Positions 12,795-26,693 of a stretch of 64,000 nucleotides of DNA are shown one piece after another. This DNA is from Psammoneis japonica. Its lineage: Eukaryota. Positions within the stretch are counted from its first letter, which is position 1. Each line of letters opens with the position of its first letter. The stretch is taken from assembly GCA_008632985.1 (NCBI GenBank), contig QPGO01000067.1:258142-322141 (forward strand), written 5' to 3'. A program made the position numbers and the translations under genes. The notes beneath the pieces were generated by a model. The model was not told where the DNA came from. It searched no databases and worked only from the letters and a program-made list of their open reading frames with translations.

Positions 12795-15180
12795 CTAGAG
12801 AAAGCTGAACAGACACGATAGCAACAAGTGAATGCAAAATATGCAAAAGCTGTCGGTGGTTTGACGAACTAGGACGGGTGCACCTGTCGAAGGCGGTGCC
12901 GTATCGGGAGCAGGGTCAAGAAGCGCCACGCGAAAATCTGGTGGCCAGGCACCTCCAACGCATTCCACTGCCTTCTTCATTACAGGGCCCATGGCTCCAT
13001 CAGGCAGCACATTGGAAATCATGGCCCAGACACAGTTCTCATAGGTTGAATTGCCTCTAATCAAATGGCTGTGGCTGCCCAAGTAATCGCCCTCGTGGCC
13101 CCAGAACAAATCATCCCCACTACCGGCAACAAAAATTCCGTGTCCGTAGCGGGCATCATCTTGCATCATGACATCTTGCGGAATCGTAGTAACGTCGATG
13201 CATCCTGCATCACTAGTCAGAGTGTCTATGGAACTTTGCCACAGGAGACAGCTGTGCTGGTTGCTATCCAATGTTCCGTTGCAGTGTGGCTCGGATGTTG
13301 CAGCCATCAGTTGTACGAGCTGCTGGGCCGAAGATACCCAAGATCCGCATCCAGTTGCCAATTCCAAGGGATCACCCCCACAATGATTTGGTACCTTTTC
13401 AGGGTGAGACGAAAAGTCGAAACAGGAATCGACATATGGACACCCTGGACAGTAGTATTTTGACTCCTGCGGAGGCATCTCGGCAATAAGCGACGATCCA
13501 AGATAGCTTTCGGGCCTGGATACCCCAGAGTCATCGAGAAACAGCTCTCGAACGGCCTCCTCGTAGTCCTTACCCGTTACGACTTCAATGACACGACTCA
13601 GAACTGTGTAACCGAAATTGGAGTAAGCACATGTTGTACCAGGCTCGTGTTGGAGGGGTTGTCCGAGCATGTAGTAGATGACATCATCGCGGTCCACATT
13701 CCTTCCAGTAATTTCCAGCGAAGATTGGATGGCCGGCCAGTTGACCAAAGGGCCGCCCGCGATGTCTCTGTCCCAACCTCCCTGGTGAGAGAGCAAGTGC
13801 TCAATTGTGATGTCTTCGATACGTCTGTCGAAGATTGGACAGCACGGCTTGGGGGTATCGGACATGAAATGGAGAAGACCGCCGTCACCAAAGATTCTAT
13901 CCGTCAACGAAAGAGCGCCTTGTTGAATCAACATGTAAACAGCAAGGAATGTTTGGAGCTTGGACGCAGACCCGATTCGCATAGGTGTGTGCGGCATGAC
14001 CTTGAGAGGGTTTCCTTCGTTCTCTCTATCAACACCTGGAACTTCACGAAACCCGTATCCTTGGGAGTACACAATCTTGCCATCTTTGAGAACCGCTGTC
14101 CATGCAATCGATCGGAGAGTGCCAGTTGTGTTAGCAGCTGTCGATTATGATTGACACCTTAACGTTTCTAGTATCATGAAACTCACCAGCGGTGATGCCG
14201 GGAACTTTGAACTGATTCATGAATGTCATGACGATTTCATCGAAGCAATCCGTTTCTGGAAAGGTCTCCCCATTAGGCTCTCGTTGAGGGATTGTATCCG
14301 CGTCCAACCTCGCATCCACGAGCACAACCATCCAACGCAATTTGCCATCCGCTGTCTTGTACGCATCAATTACATTTGGCATGTATCCCATGTAATTTGT
14401 CATCCAAGGCAAGATTCCGTCGAGGGTAGTTTGGTCAATAAATGGAATCGGTGGTCGGAGAACCGTCTTTCCCTCTTTTGTATAGATTGCAGCAAACCGC
14501 GGCTCTCCATTTTCGACAGTACCTGCTGAGCCAAACTTCAAGGAAAAGCCCAAAGTAGTGGCCACTCCAAATTCTGTGCCGGCCTGGAATGCTGTCATAT
14601 CGTGACGGCTAAACCAGTCAGCATCGTTGTTGCCGCTGTAGAAGATGCTCGCGATTCGTGTCTCTCCGTCAAGTTGATAGGAGGACACGATTTCAGGTGC
14701 AAAACCCGAGCTCACCATCTCATCAAAGTACACTTGGTAGTGATGACTGTCTTGTCCAGCATTAACAGACGCATTTGTTGGAGAGCTTTCATCTCTTAAA
14801 TGAAAAATAATGTTGATTCGTGGAACAAGTTTGTCCGTCGCTGCATCGGTCACGGAGAAACCGTCAATAAATACTGGCAGCAATCCCTTCGTATCCATCG
14901 ACTGCACGACGTTGGTTTCAAGTTCATCCTCTGTGATTCCTACATAGCTGTTCCAAATTATTCCGTTCACGTTTTTGTGCCATATTGTGTTGTATCGAGT
15001 GATACCTTCTTCGTCCTCGAATCCCGTCACCTGCACCAAACGAAAGCCTTGTTCCTCCCAACCATCAAAGCGTTCTTGAAAATCTTCCTCTGAGACGGAC
15101 TGATCATATCCATAAGGGAATCCACGAACACTAACACAGCTTAATATCAGTAGGAGTACACCTTGTTTCAATGCCTTCAT
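12795..15180 (-). CDS. Secreted beta-lactamase-family serine hydrolase with N-terminal BTRD1-like (polyglycine hydrolase-type) repeats, 1 intron
   Basis: Signal peptide; repeats such as FQERFDGWEEQGFRLVQVTGF and YQVYFDEMVSSGFAPEIVSSY; GT-AG intron about 14186-14096 joins VPGITA|AVLKDGKIVYSQGYG; SASK, YSN and HEG motifs; hydrophobic C-terminal tail. Confidence 0.8.
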
Positions 15181-15625
15181 CGTCAAAATCTTCGCAATGC
15201 TACTTCTCTTTTGTATGGTTCATGACAACTCGGAAAAGGAAAGCGAAGCCACTATGCGCGCGTCCGCGCGAAATCCTTCCTTTGGTGATCACTCTATACC
15301 CCCAACTTTGCTCTAGCTAGAGAGTCGAGCGCTGACCCATTGTTACAGCTCGTTCCCGATCGTTGCTAGCTCTAGGCAGTAGCTGTCTGCAAACAGTCGT
15401 CTGGGACAGGGTTCACTCCACTGGAGAGTGACTACGGAGGAGTCAGTCTGGTGCTCTTGTTGACATTTGGGATGTAATATAGAGGAAGGGCTGCAATGAG
15501 ATTTCCCATGTAAACCGGCCAGCCCTCTCAGACCCCCCAACTCGACGACCACATTTAGCAAGAATCCCAATTGAACGTTTGCCAAATCGCACAATACAAA
15601 ACGCAGAAGTCTTGGCCGGGCACCT

Positions 15626-16563
15626 CTAGCGAATTCCAAAGCCTCCAAAGGTAGGGGCAACTTTCTTTGTTTTGGGGCGGACTCGTTTGGCAGCAAGTTG
15701 TTGTTGACGTTTCTTGATCCACGCCTGTTTCTTCTCATGGAAGCCTTGAGCCTTATGAAAACCCTGTTTAACTTGAAACGCTGTTCCGTACAAAGGTTTC
15801 AAATCATGCGCGGCGCATGTTGCAATGGGACGATTTTGCACGCAACGCATCTCCCAACGACGCAGATGACGGGCCAACCAGCTGGCCAAGCTTAGATGCT
15901 TCCTGTTTTGAGAAGTACCACAAGGCATTTTGAGCCGTTCCAGCGCTTCCATGTCCCCAAAGTCCGCAACCCAATAGGTGATACGAGGCCACAATTGGCG
16001 ATCGCGTTGTTGGATTTCAAGCAACTTGTTTTCGCGAGCTTTGACGGAGACATGCACACCGAATACGACGCACAGAGTACCTTGGAAACCGGAAGGCGAA
16101 GGCTCAATTCGTCAAATTCCACATGGCGAAGGCTCAATTCGTCATAACTCTTCCCGTCCTTCTCTGCCTGTACCACGAGCTTTTCAAATTGTTGCTTGTC
16201 CATGGCAATGACTCCTTGCTCCCCAAAGTTCAACAGTAGGACACAATCCAGTTGGTTTACTTCATTGCGAGTGAACGGATCTGTTTTGTTATTGATGTCA
16301 AACAAACCCAGCGACGGGGCTGTCTCGAAAGTCGTTGCACTTGCAAGTATTGTCGATTCGGATGAATCTTCAACAGGTTTCGTTGGGGAAGTATTCCAAT
16401 TCGTCGAGTCGCAAGGTTTGAGACGAAATTCAATCGAAACCTGTCCTTCATTCAAAACGACGTTGTCACACTCAATCAACGCTTCAAAGACTTGACTGCA
16501 GTCGAGAACGAGCTCCAACCAATAAGGTCCTTTCTTGGACTTTGTCAGGACCCAGCAACGCAC
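15626..16563 (-). CDS. Hypothetical protein, frameshifted, 5' end unresolved
   Basis: Two overlapping ORFs (15892-16563 and 15626-16057) with protein-like composition; no recognised motif. Confidence 0.4.
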
Positions 16564-17088
16564 TTCGTCGTGATCGGCGTCAGGGCAAGAGACTGGAAGA
16601 GCTCAACATGAGATGGGAACTCCTGGGCGGCGAAAGGCTTACCCCATACCAGTAGCCAGTAGCGTTCCAGTCATCAACATCGAGTAGATCGATGTTTTGC
16701 CTCTCTCTTTGTATGATATTGTAATCCTTCACCAGCAGCCAGTGCTGATGCGGCGCGTGCGTGTTCGTTCTGTAACGTGCGCCTGCGAAGGGTTGAAAGA
16801 GAGGGAAAGGGCTACAGAGCGAGTATTTGTTTCCTGTTTCATACGTTCTCTGCTTTTCAGCAGCAAAGTAATCGACTTACAAAAAGCACGAATAATGATG
16901 GATTCAATGTTGAAATTACGAATTACTAAGAGAGGACTCCGTTTAACATCAGCTCACGGCCAAAAACAGACAGGACACGGTACGAATAAGTAAACTTGGA
17001 TGATGCTTTCACAGCATCGTGCTGCATCGTTCGAAAACGAATGCGTCATGTGCAGGCAAAACCAATTTACGAGTAAGTTCCACCCTCT

Positions 17089-18851
17089 CTAGGGTGGGCA
17101 GCCGACGGTAACATCCCAGGCGGTTCCCGCATTAGGGGCATCGAGCGTTACTTCCACTACGGTGCTCATCCCCGAATACGTAACTTGAACCGTCTGACTT
17201 CCAGAGACTAGACCACCAGTGTCATAGATGGTCATTCCTTCGTATGTAACAAAGAGACGATCGGGAATGCTGTACATCTGGTAGGAGACAGGAAATGTGC
17301 CTGAAGTTTTCAACAAGTCAATACGAAGCACGGTGGTACCTTGCCCACCAGATTGCTGAGTCGAAGGACACTGAGCAACACAGACAGGCGTTTCTTCATA
17401 CGCTTTCTGATCCGCCTGCGCATCCTGGTAAAACCCGGTTCCAAGAGGCGATGCCACGAAACCATAAAAGGCTGTCGCTAGGGCTGGACACGCTGCCAAG
17501 ACGCCTTGAATTGGTGTGGGAAGAAAAATTCTGAGAAAGAGAGGAATTGTTGGACATTCGCCTATCATTGTACTGAAGAATGTTCGATCACACGAGCTTC
17601 GACTGACTGTGCTACTCCAGCAGTGATCGTGATTACAACACGCCGGGCCAAAATCGAAGATTAGAAAGTCTCCGTCAGTGTTGAAAACACTGCCTTCACC
17701 GCCGCAGCCATTGTCACAGGACGTCTTGCATACAAAGCAATCATCAGCGGATCCGTCCGTACCAACAAAGCAGTCGGTGTACGTGCAGCGGCCATCAGAA
17801 TTCTTTTGAAGCCAATTGCCTCGGCATTCGCCCAAAAGATTACGACTCAGGAGTTGCTCGATCTCTGTATTGTCTTTTGCCATTGCATGCTCGCTTTCGC
17901 CTTTCCACAGTTTTCGGTTCCTTGAAGTACTGTGGGTGCATCCAAACAAAGGCTCTACCTCTTCGTTGGCGACGCTTGGGTCGAAATATTCGTCTCCGAA
18001 GATTTCTTGAACAGTCGCAAATGACGTTTGAAGAATCCTTGATCCGTTCGTGCCGTCTTCGACAGATTCAATTTTGCGGAACAGAGGTAGGCAGTCAATA
18101 CATTCGATGGAGTTGGCACCATCAAGGTAGATAAAGAAACTGTCGGCTTCAAGACTATCTGCAAAATCACCTTGAACTTCGACTGTATCCACACTGCAAG
18201 AGACAACGCTGAGCTCCGACGTTGAGCTTGAACCACCCGTGAGATATGTGGCAACAGCTTCGGCATCCTCGCAGCTTTCGAGGCACTCTTCGACAGTTCC
18301 AATCAAGTATGCCTCATCCTCCATGCACACGTCGCACAAGTCTGCCCCCTTGCTCTTGGAACGACTCTTGCCCTTGCTCTTGGGACTCTTGCCCTTGCTT
18401 TTGGGACTCTTGCCTCCCTTACTCTTGGGACTCTTGGTTCCCTGACTCTTGGGACTCTTGCCTCCCTTACTCTTGGGAAACTTGCCTCCCTTGTCGACTT
18501 CCCCATCATAGGGCTTGTTCTTCGTGAGCTTGGTCTTCTCTTTCTTCTTGATTCGTCGAGCCGGCTTGCTACCAGTGACGTAGTTCTTGTCGTCAAGGAA
18601 CACGGATGTCACGCCATCGTGGTCAAGCCTACTTTCGCGATTCTGTGAAAAGTTCAAGGGCCAAAAAAGTCGTGAGTTGAGCAGTGTATACGTGAAACAG
18701 GAGTTCTTGAACCCTGCAATCGGCATCTCCTAGGAGCAGCAGGGATTCTCGACCAGGTAGCACTTACAGATCCAGCGTGAACGGATGGAAGAAGGTTTAG
18801 CAAACAAGTGCTGAGGAGCAGCAACAGAGTTGTGTTTGATTTCACGATCAT
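17089..18851 (-). CDS. Secreted protein with KSPKSK repeats, Cys-rich region, PLA2-like domain and small C-terminal beta-rich domain, 1 intron
   Basis: Signal peptide MIVKSNTTLLLLLSTCLLNLLPSVHA; GTAAGT..CACAG intron about 18767-18643; GGKSPKSK repeats; NGCG...FGPACCNHDHCW...CDRTF motif. Confidence 0.75.
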
Positions 18852-19169
18852 GATGGTGTTTCTGTTGATCCAGGCGTTTGATGAGCTAGACAAATGATCA
18901 AGAATGTGAGAGAAAGAATTGTGGCGATTATCGTTTGAATTGTTGCGAGCTAGAGGCCCTATGTACCCCGTAATGCTATAATTTTTGGAATTTGTTCTTA
19001 GAAGAATTCATCATATGCAGCATCGTATGCTTAACATTTTCAACCTTTATATTCACGCATGGATGGGTTTTGACACGCAATTTTGTGTGCATGCCAGCAT
19101 CTTATGCTTAAAATTTTCAACCTTTTATTCACGCATGGATGACATGAGAATGCTTGAAATTTTTTAAAA

Positions 19170-22100
19170 TGACAAAACTGTGAGAGAATGAAATTTTCAA
19201 CACCGTGGACAACCTCTCCCACACTGAAGCTTCAAGCAGGGATCTTGCAAAAGAGGACAACTCGTCAATCAAGAGAGGAGGAGGACTCTGGCACACAGAG
19301 ATGGGCAAGCTCACGACCAGAGAAAGCTCCCCCCACCGCCACTGCTCGAAGAGCGTGCAAAGACACTCCATTGTTTTTTCGCATGTTGAAAGTTTGTCAC
19401 TTGCTGGCAGAGAGAACATGACAGCTGAGAAAATGATCTCCATGCAGTGGCGGCTGTTGAGATGACTGTGCAGCACTTCAAACTTGTGGGTCTCTTTGCC
19501 CAAACAAAATCGCCAGATGTCTGCCTTGCTGAGAGACCAAACACAAAGTGTGGCGCACAACCTTGCATTGGAACATTGGGGTGCAAGGTGGTTTTTGCAG
19601 GACAGACAGACAATGTTGCAGCATGAGATGCACTGACAGCCGATTTTGCATGAGACGTGGCAACAAACATTTGCGTTCGCACCTCTTGGTGACTTGTGGG
19701 TCCTGTGCTCACTTTTTGGCTTCTGTGCCCGGCAAACTTGGCAGTGATTGTGGCAGCAATGAGAGTGTGTTTTTGATCCATGCAGTGAGTTTGGGGGTCA
19801 GTGAGGCTGAGTGCACAACAGCCAGCAAGCAGCTGTTTGGGCCAAGGAGAGGAATCTTTCGAGACTTGTTCATGGAACAAGAAGTGGCTGCAGCAGTTTT
19901 CCACCTGATGCCATCAATTCTGGCCAAGAGATTCAAGTTAGAGCAAAAAACACAGAATGAAGTTTGTTGACAAAAACAACTCTTGTGCATGAATGCATGG
20001 TTGAAACAAGAAATGCGCTCAAGAATGTCAACAAAATCACGCTCATGCTGCTGTCATCCTCAAGAGTGACAAAATTCATCAAGTTGAGCTTCTGCCTTGC
20101 TTTCATCCATTTTAGATTGATTGCAGAGATGCAAAATGTCAAATCTGAAAACAGGAAAGCATGGCTTGCAACAAGCTTCCCTGGGCTGCATTGCACAGTT
20201 CTGGCACAAAAGAGGGGCAAAATGTGGTTGTGTCACAAGGTTGGCCATGAATTGCAAAATGGGACATTGCCGCCAAAAATGGGCTTCTTGTGTCAATGTT
20301 GTCATCTGTCTCATTGTTTGAGAAAAGGTGAATTTCCCCTTTCATTGTGCCACAAGTCATTTGCATGACCCGCTTGACTTAATTTTTGGAAGTGTTGGCA
20401 GACTTTCACCTGCTCCCAATGCCAGAGACAGCAGAAACAACAAGACACACAAGCACTGTTGGTTTTTCACTTTTCAAACTAATGTCTTGCAAGAGTGCAG
20501 TGAGTGCACATTGTTCATGGCACTGGGTGTTTGAAAATGCAGGTTTTTGTGGCGCACCTTTGTTGCATGTGAAAGTGCAAGGGACCAATTTCAGTGGTTG
20601 GCAAGCAACGATGTCACAACCTCCATTCTGCAGCCCCCCAAAGGAGGTGTGCTCAACTTTGTGGCATCTGTGTGCTGTGAGTCAATCAATGTGGGCACTC
20701 CGGGGGGTCATTTTTTGCACGTGGAGTGCAGCTGGGGTGGATGGCTCTGTTGACACAAAAGTGGCCTCAAGAAGCTGTCTTGGAGAGAACTTTGTGCATG
20801 GGGAGAGACAGCTGTTGAAGCAAGACAAAGCCTGCCTGCTGAGAAAGCACAAGCTCTGACAGCCGCAGCCCAGCTGAGCATGCTGACATGCCAGCTGCAC
20901 ACACCTGCTCATTTCAATGACCAATGGCACCCATTTTGCATGTGGCTGCACTGCCACTTGTTGCCACTGATGCAAAAAAATGAGCACTGCCTCCATTTTT
21001 TCTGAACTTGTGGGAGTGTGTGCTGCGCACTGCCACAGACATGTGCTGCCAACCCCCAATGCTGGCAATGTTCCAGCAGTTGTTCCTGTTGTTCAGCTCC
21101 TCTGGCAGCAGGTTGTCCTGTGGCTTCTTCTCCATCCTCTGTTCCTTCTTGGTTGATGCCACCAACAAGTGAGTTGAGTGTGGGGACTGGAAACTGGAGC
21201 ATGTTGGCACAGTCATCTGCAGAGACTGGAGGATGTGTTGGCGCAGTCATCTGCAAAGAGCCAAAACCACCCAATTGTTGAAAGTTGCCATGCAAGTGCT
21301 TGGCAAGGTGGTCAGACATCTTTGCACAATGGCAGGAAGCACTCATGCTGCTCCATGTGTCTGTCAACAAGAGATGTGCAAAGTGCACGTGCCAAACAAA
21401 AGTTGCAGCACAAGATTGCGGGGTGGCGGTGCTGCACACACATGCTTGAGTCAATTGCCTCAGATGAGCTGGCCAAAGCATCTCTGAGGGCAATTGGAGC
21501 AACTCCTTTTTCTCATGTGAGATTCATCACATGCACAACTGTCAACAGTTGACAAAAATTTTCATCATGTTTGTGAGCGCAATTCACACAAAACAATTCT
21601 TGTGCATGAGTGGCTTGCTCATTGTGCCAATGTTTTGCTTTTGTGCCAACACTTGCAGCAGCATCACAATCAACCAATGGCTGCACATCAAGCATGTGCA
21701 GCTTGTCACACTGAGCCTCAGATTGCTGCAGTCAATTTCTGATTTGCACAAACAATGAATGACCCCCCCTGCTGCTGGCAGATTCTGGCAGTTTGCGGAG
21801 GACACCTTGTCATGCCAGTGGCCAGTGACAAAGCAAATGACAAAACTGCCGCCACTCTCATTTCTCTCATTTGCAGCCATCATTGTGCTCACTCCCCAAT
21901 GATGTGTCATTCCGTGCCATGATTTGTGACATTGTTTTCCTCTTTTTCCTGGACCTGCACATTGCAAAGAACACACCTTCAAGCAGCTGAGGCTAAAAGC
22001 ACCACAAGAATGCTTGTCCTGAAAGAAATGTTGCAGTGTCTGCGCTGCACTTGGCTTTTCTCCTGCCACCAGCACCAAGCTCCCCAAGCTCAAAGCACCA

Positions 22101-23480
22101 CAATGCTTGTTTCAGTCACTGTCACAAGCACAACAGCTTGCAGCATGGCTGTGCTTGCTGCTTGCTGTTGCTCAAAGATCATTTGTGCTGATCATGAATT
22201 TTTCTTGGCTTGACATGCCCATCTTTTTTCATGCTTCCATCTGCCAAGAGACCAGGAAAAATTGGGCTGGCAGATTAATTTCAGGTTCAGAGGATTTGCT
22301 CCCTTTTTTTGTTTTTGCATTCAAAAAGTCTCTTGTTGTTGCCACACAACAACAATTTCCCCTGCTGTGCCTCCATGAGGGGGCCGATGAAAAAGAAATC
22401 AGCTCTGTGAATTTGCACAGGTGTGTGCTGCTTGCCAAGGCAAACTGAGGGCATGGATTTGACACCTGCAGAGGTGACTTTGGACATGTTTCATTTGTGC
22501 TCCATTTTGCACACAGTTTCAACCCAAGCAAAACCCCATTTGACAACATTTGCATGTTCGTCATTCAAAGTGAGCAACTCCAAAGTCAAAAGCCAATCTT
22601 CTGAACAAACAAGTTGATCCACAGAACCCAAGCCTCCAGTGGAGACCAGGGTGCACTCTGGGAAAGGTAAAAAAATCTTGCCATGGAAGCCACTGCTGCC
22701 TGGAACTCAAGTGTTTTTCTCCAAGCATGGCAAAGAACACTCCAGAAGCTGCAGCTCCTGGAAGCTGAAGCACAGCTCTTTTTCCCCTCTCCACAGCTGA
22801 CGTTTTTGCATTGCCTTTGTTGGTGTGTTTGGTGCTGGGCAACAAAAGAGCTTTGGAAGAGAGTGGGGAAGTGCTCCAGTGCTGATTGACCATGCTGAGG
22901 AAAGCATGGCAGTTGACACATGTCCTCATCCTGTGTTCTCTCCTGTTGTTTTGATGAGTTTTGTTGCAGTTTGTCACTTGCCTGTGTGAAATGTGAGCAC
23001 ACCAGGTGTGTGCCAACTTCTTTGTTTCCAATTTTGACTGCTTCATTCTTTCACTGCATTGCCCCTTGCTGTTTCTCTGCAGTGCAGGCAACAAGCCAAA
23101 AGAACATTGGCTGGGCTTTTTGTGTCAGCGCAGGGACATGCTCAACCCACACATGCCAAGAAAGCAAGAGCCCACATGAGAAAGATTGTCTCGGAGTGTG
23201 CTCACATGGTCGGTGCAGCATGCACAGCATGGCTTTCATTTTCACAAAGAGCCCTTTCTTGGCGACTGTTGCTTCACCGAGAACACGGGGAAGGACATTG
23301 ACAATCTTGGGGTTTGGACTAGACTGTGGCAAAAAGCGCATTCGTGTCTGAGGTGCGCAGCTGCACCGTGAGAGGTGCGCACGCACAGCGGGAGGCCCGA
23401 TTGTTTGCCTTCCGAGATCAAGATCGCCCCGTCATGGGGCCACACCCTGACTTCGAAGCGGCCAGGGGGCGTGTCAGTGT
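19170..23480. mobile_element. TpA-depleted decayed repeat block 2, element class not identified
   Basis: About 8 TA in 4.3 kb by eye, CpG-poor core, only short Cys/His-rich Tyr-poor ORFs; TE origin inferred from similarity in composition to blocks 1 and 3. Confidence 0.6.
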
Positions 23481-23772
23481 GCCTAGACCAAGGAGGTACC
23501 GCAGTCCTTTTGTGAAAATGCAGTAACACTCTACCAGGTAGGTAGGGCCTTATCATAGCATGGCAAATCCTTGGTCCGAGCTCTCATAGAAGCGGTCAGC
23601 CTGAAGCTGCGTTATCAACCTAGGTAGCCCAAAGAGAACAGAAGCCTGAAGCTGTGCTAACAAATTAACAACGAAATATTTCAGGGCCCCTGCCTACAAG
23701 TAAACAGCTAAGCTAAACTGTGTCACTTCTTTACTATCATGCTTTTGGAAACAAAGCCTGGGGCCTACCAAA

Positions 23773-24450
23773 CTATCCTGATCGTAAACCTCCTACAAAG
23801 CCGGCGCCAAATCCACCTCCTGAAGGAAGATTGTACGAGAAGACTTCTTGGAGCTTATTTAATGCTGCCTTACCGTCCTCCTGGTCTACCTTCCCATCCT
23901 TGTTGAGATCCATCGCTCCCATCACATGCTCCTTCATTTGATCATGATTGACTTTGATGTAACCAGAATAATCAAGTGTCTGAAGAAACATGAATCCGAC
24001 ACCAATGACAACGGCAGCAGCCTTTCCTATCCTTTTCAACGCATACCCTGAAGAGAACCCACAAACAAATCCATACGATATATGAGTGGGGATTCCCGAA
24101 TCAATCGCGCTTTGAGCCTGAAATTATGAAACAGATGATGTTCAGCAAACAACAGACTTAGTATGTCGTAAAAGAAGTGAATCAGCACTCACTTTTGAAC
24201 CAATCGTCTTTGCTACTTCATCCAATGTTGAGTTCCAATCGGTATTGCCCTCCTTGTCCTTGGAAACGAGTTTCGAGAGCTTGTCCATGACGCCATCGTC
24301 GTCGCCTTCGCAACGAGTCACCATTGTTGAACTTCCCAAGATAGAAGATGACGCTATTCCAAAGACGACGCTTGCATGGTTGACGCGTTTGGCGCTCTGT
24401 CGGACAAGCCGAGAAGCAATCGCAGAGTAAGCGGCGGTCGACATTGTCAT
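23773..24450 (-). CDS. FUN14-family protein with EF-hand-like loop, 1 intron
   Basis: Exon 2 gives ISYGFVCGFSSGYALKRIGKAAAVVIGVGFMFLQTLDYSGYIKVN, DLNKDGKVDQED and GGGFGAGFVGG; N-terminus resembles a mitochondrial presequence. Confidence 0.85.
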
Positions 24451-24802
24451 GGGCACTGTTTCAAAGAACGCATAATAAGTGCGAAGAAGCGAAGGCGAAT
24501 CCTTTTATAGTACTGGATCCTTCGTGGATCCTACGTACGTACGTGACTTTCAATACAACCAACAGACGAATTGATGACGTCATGTCTAACTATTTCTTTT
24601 AGATCCATGAGCTGTCGAGTTTCTTTTTTAGTTTTAGTTTTTTGGTCTCAGTAGATACTCAAACGAACAGAACTTGTACCTGAGATTCGTCCACCTCTTT
24701 AGACGTAATCTATGGCTGTTTAGATACTGTTTTTGTGGTATAGTAGATAGACCCATCTAGTACAATTTCGCGTTGAGATCTGCTGACTGCTATTTAAATA
24801 TT

Positions 24803-26693
24803 CTATGCTTGATGACCAATCTCGGAGCAGCTGTCGTGCTGCTGTTCCTTGGAAGTCGAAGATGACGATTCTCCCGTTTGCCTGTTTAGGACCGGCGGGA
24901 GGGCCCGCATCATGAGGACACCCGCAATCGCAAAGAACAGTGCAAGCATTGCAAAATTGACCGACCACCCGTGTGGTCCCACAAGAGGATGCGATACAAT
25001 CCTACTGGTAGTTGCCCATATAGGCGACGCCAAGAAGTAACCCAACCCATCAAAAAATGATAAACAGACTGGTTTGTTTTTGCCAAAGGTATTGGCAACC
25101 ATGGATGGTAACAGGTATATTTGAAACGAAAGAAACGATGCCATGGATCCTGACGACAATGCCACGGCAAGAATCAGCCACTTGTTGGACTGTCGCTGCA
25201 GCGTAGAAATTACCCTTTGTTGGCAACCAACGCCAAGAATAATGTCGACAATACCGCATATAAGTATCGCTTCTTCAAAAGCCTTGATTTGGCCACAGCT
25301 GTCTTTGCGAGTGTAATTTCCTTTCCACTCATCAACCCATGAAAATATCCTATGGCAAGACATGCCAATAGGCCGCCACAGACATTGTGCGGAAGTGACG
25401 TTGTCTCTTGAAAAAAGGTACCCAGACTCGATCACTTGTTCTCGCCAAAAAGGCCATGGCATGCGCCACACCCACCTGCCAAAAGAGACGACTGCCCAAA
25501 ACATGTCGTATGGACGACACCACACCTCGTAGCGTCAGCCGTTCATTGTCCTTGATTGGGACAGACTTTGTATTGCTATTATTTGTACTTGGTACCGTCG
25601 GGAACTCTCTCACTCGCACGTGTATAATGAGAGCGCCCACAAGAGAGACCACAGCACCAAACTGCGCCACGCGTCTCCAAGAAAGACGTTGCAGCAGAGC
25701 GGTTCCAAAAAAGTTGGCCACCAGCATGCCGGCAGTCGATGCAAAGCTGACCGTCGTCATGCCGTACGTTAGTTTTGTAACGTCGCATTCATAATGATTG
25801 TTCAACAACAAGGCCATACTGGTAAATTGGATCGAACAAAAAAATTCAATTCCTCCCATGGCAAGTCCAACGTGGCGGGATGTTTTGGAAAGAAACAAGG
25901 AACACGCTGCCATTCCCAATAGATACAGAAAGGACGATTGTCGTCCTCCAAGCCATTTGCAAACAAAGCCATTCACAACTTTGCCTATACCCGCCCCGAG
26001 TGTTGCTACCGAAGCCACCGATGCGGCAAAGGAAGCCACAGAAGTACCGTCTTGTAATTGCGATGTAATGTCGGCCGACACGACAGGCAACAGCATGACG
26101 GGTAGAGCCAAAACAACACAACAACAAAGATAGACACAAAATAAGGAAACTTCCAGCTTTCCGCGGGTCGTCGACGGCAACGGTGCAGCTTCCTTTGTCA
26201 CTTGGTATGGATTCCCAACTGTAGGTGTTGTTTTGGTGACGGTAGATGTAGTCTTGTTGTAGGCCTTTTCACGAGTAGTAGTATTCGCTTCGGATGATTC
26301 ATCCTGTGCGGGTATATTCTCTGACACTCGAACAATGTGACGCAAGGTGGGTGTAACTTGTGCCTGCGTCAGTTGCTCATCAAGTTTCTTTTCAGAGTAG
26401 GAAGGCAAGTCTTCGTCGCTACTTCGGAACATTGGTCCGGACCGCTGAAATATACTGAATCTAGACGTGCGTCTTGGCGTGTCATTCTCGTCCATTGGCG
26501 ATAGAGTGGTGGACGAAAGATCGTCCGAAGGTGTCACAATTAAGTCACCCAAAGAAGAAGCTTCTTCCATATCGGACCAATCTTCACACGCTGTCGTGTC
26601 GCCCTCCGATTCTTTTCGCAGCGTTTCGTCAAGTTCTGCCAAATCATGGTCCGAGTTTTTTCTGTCTCGCTTCGATCTCAAGGGCCACAACAT
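24803..26693 (-). CDS. MFS-type transporter with two apparent frameshifts
   Basis: Multiple TM segments, GKVVNGFVCKWLGGR (MFS motif A-like) and SWRRV; reading frame continues after shifts near 25424 and 25214. Confidence 0.75.

Noticed and set aside
18643..18767. Apparent frameshift between ORFs 18654-18893 and 17089-18726
   Set aside because: Explained by a canonical phase-0 GT-AG intron.
24575..24582. TGACGTCA bZIP/aureochrome-type site upstream of the FUN14 gene
   Set aside because: A single 8-mer is expected about once by chance in 64 kb.
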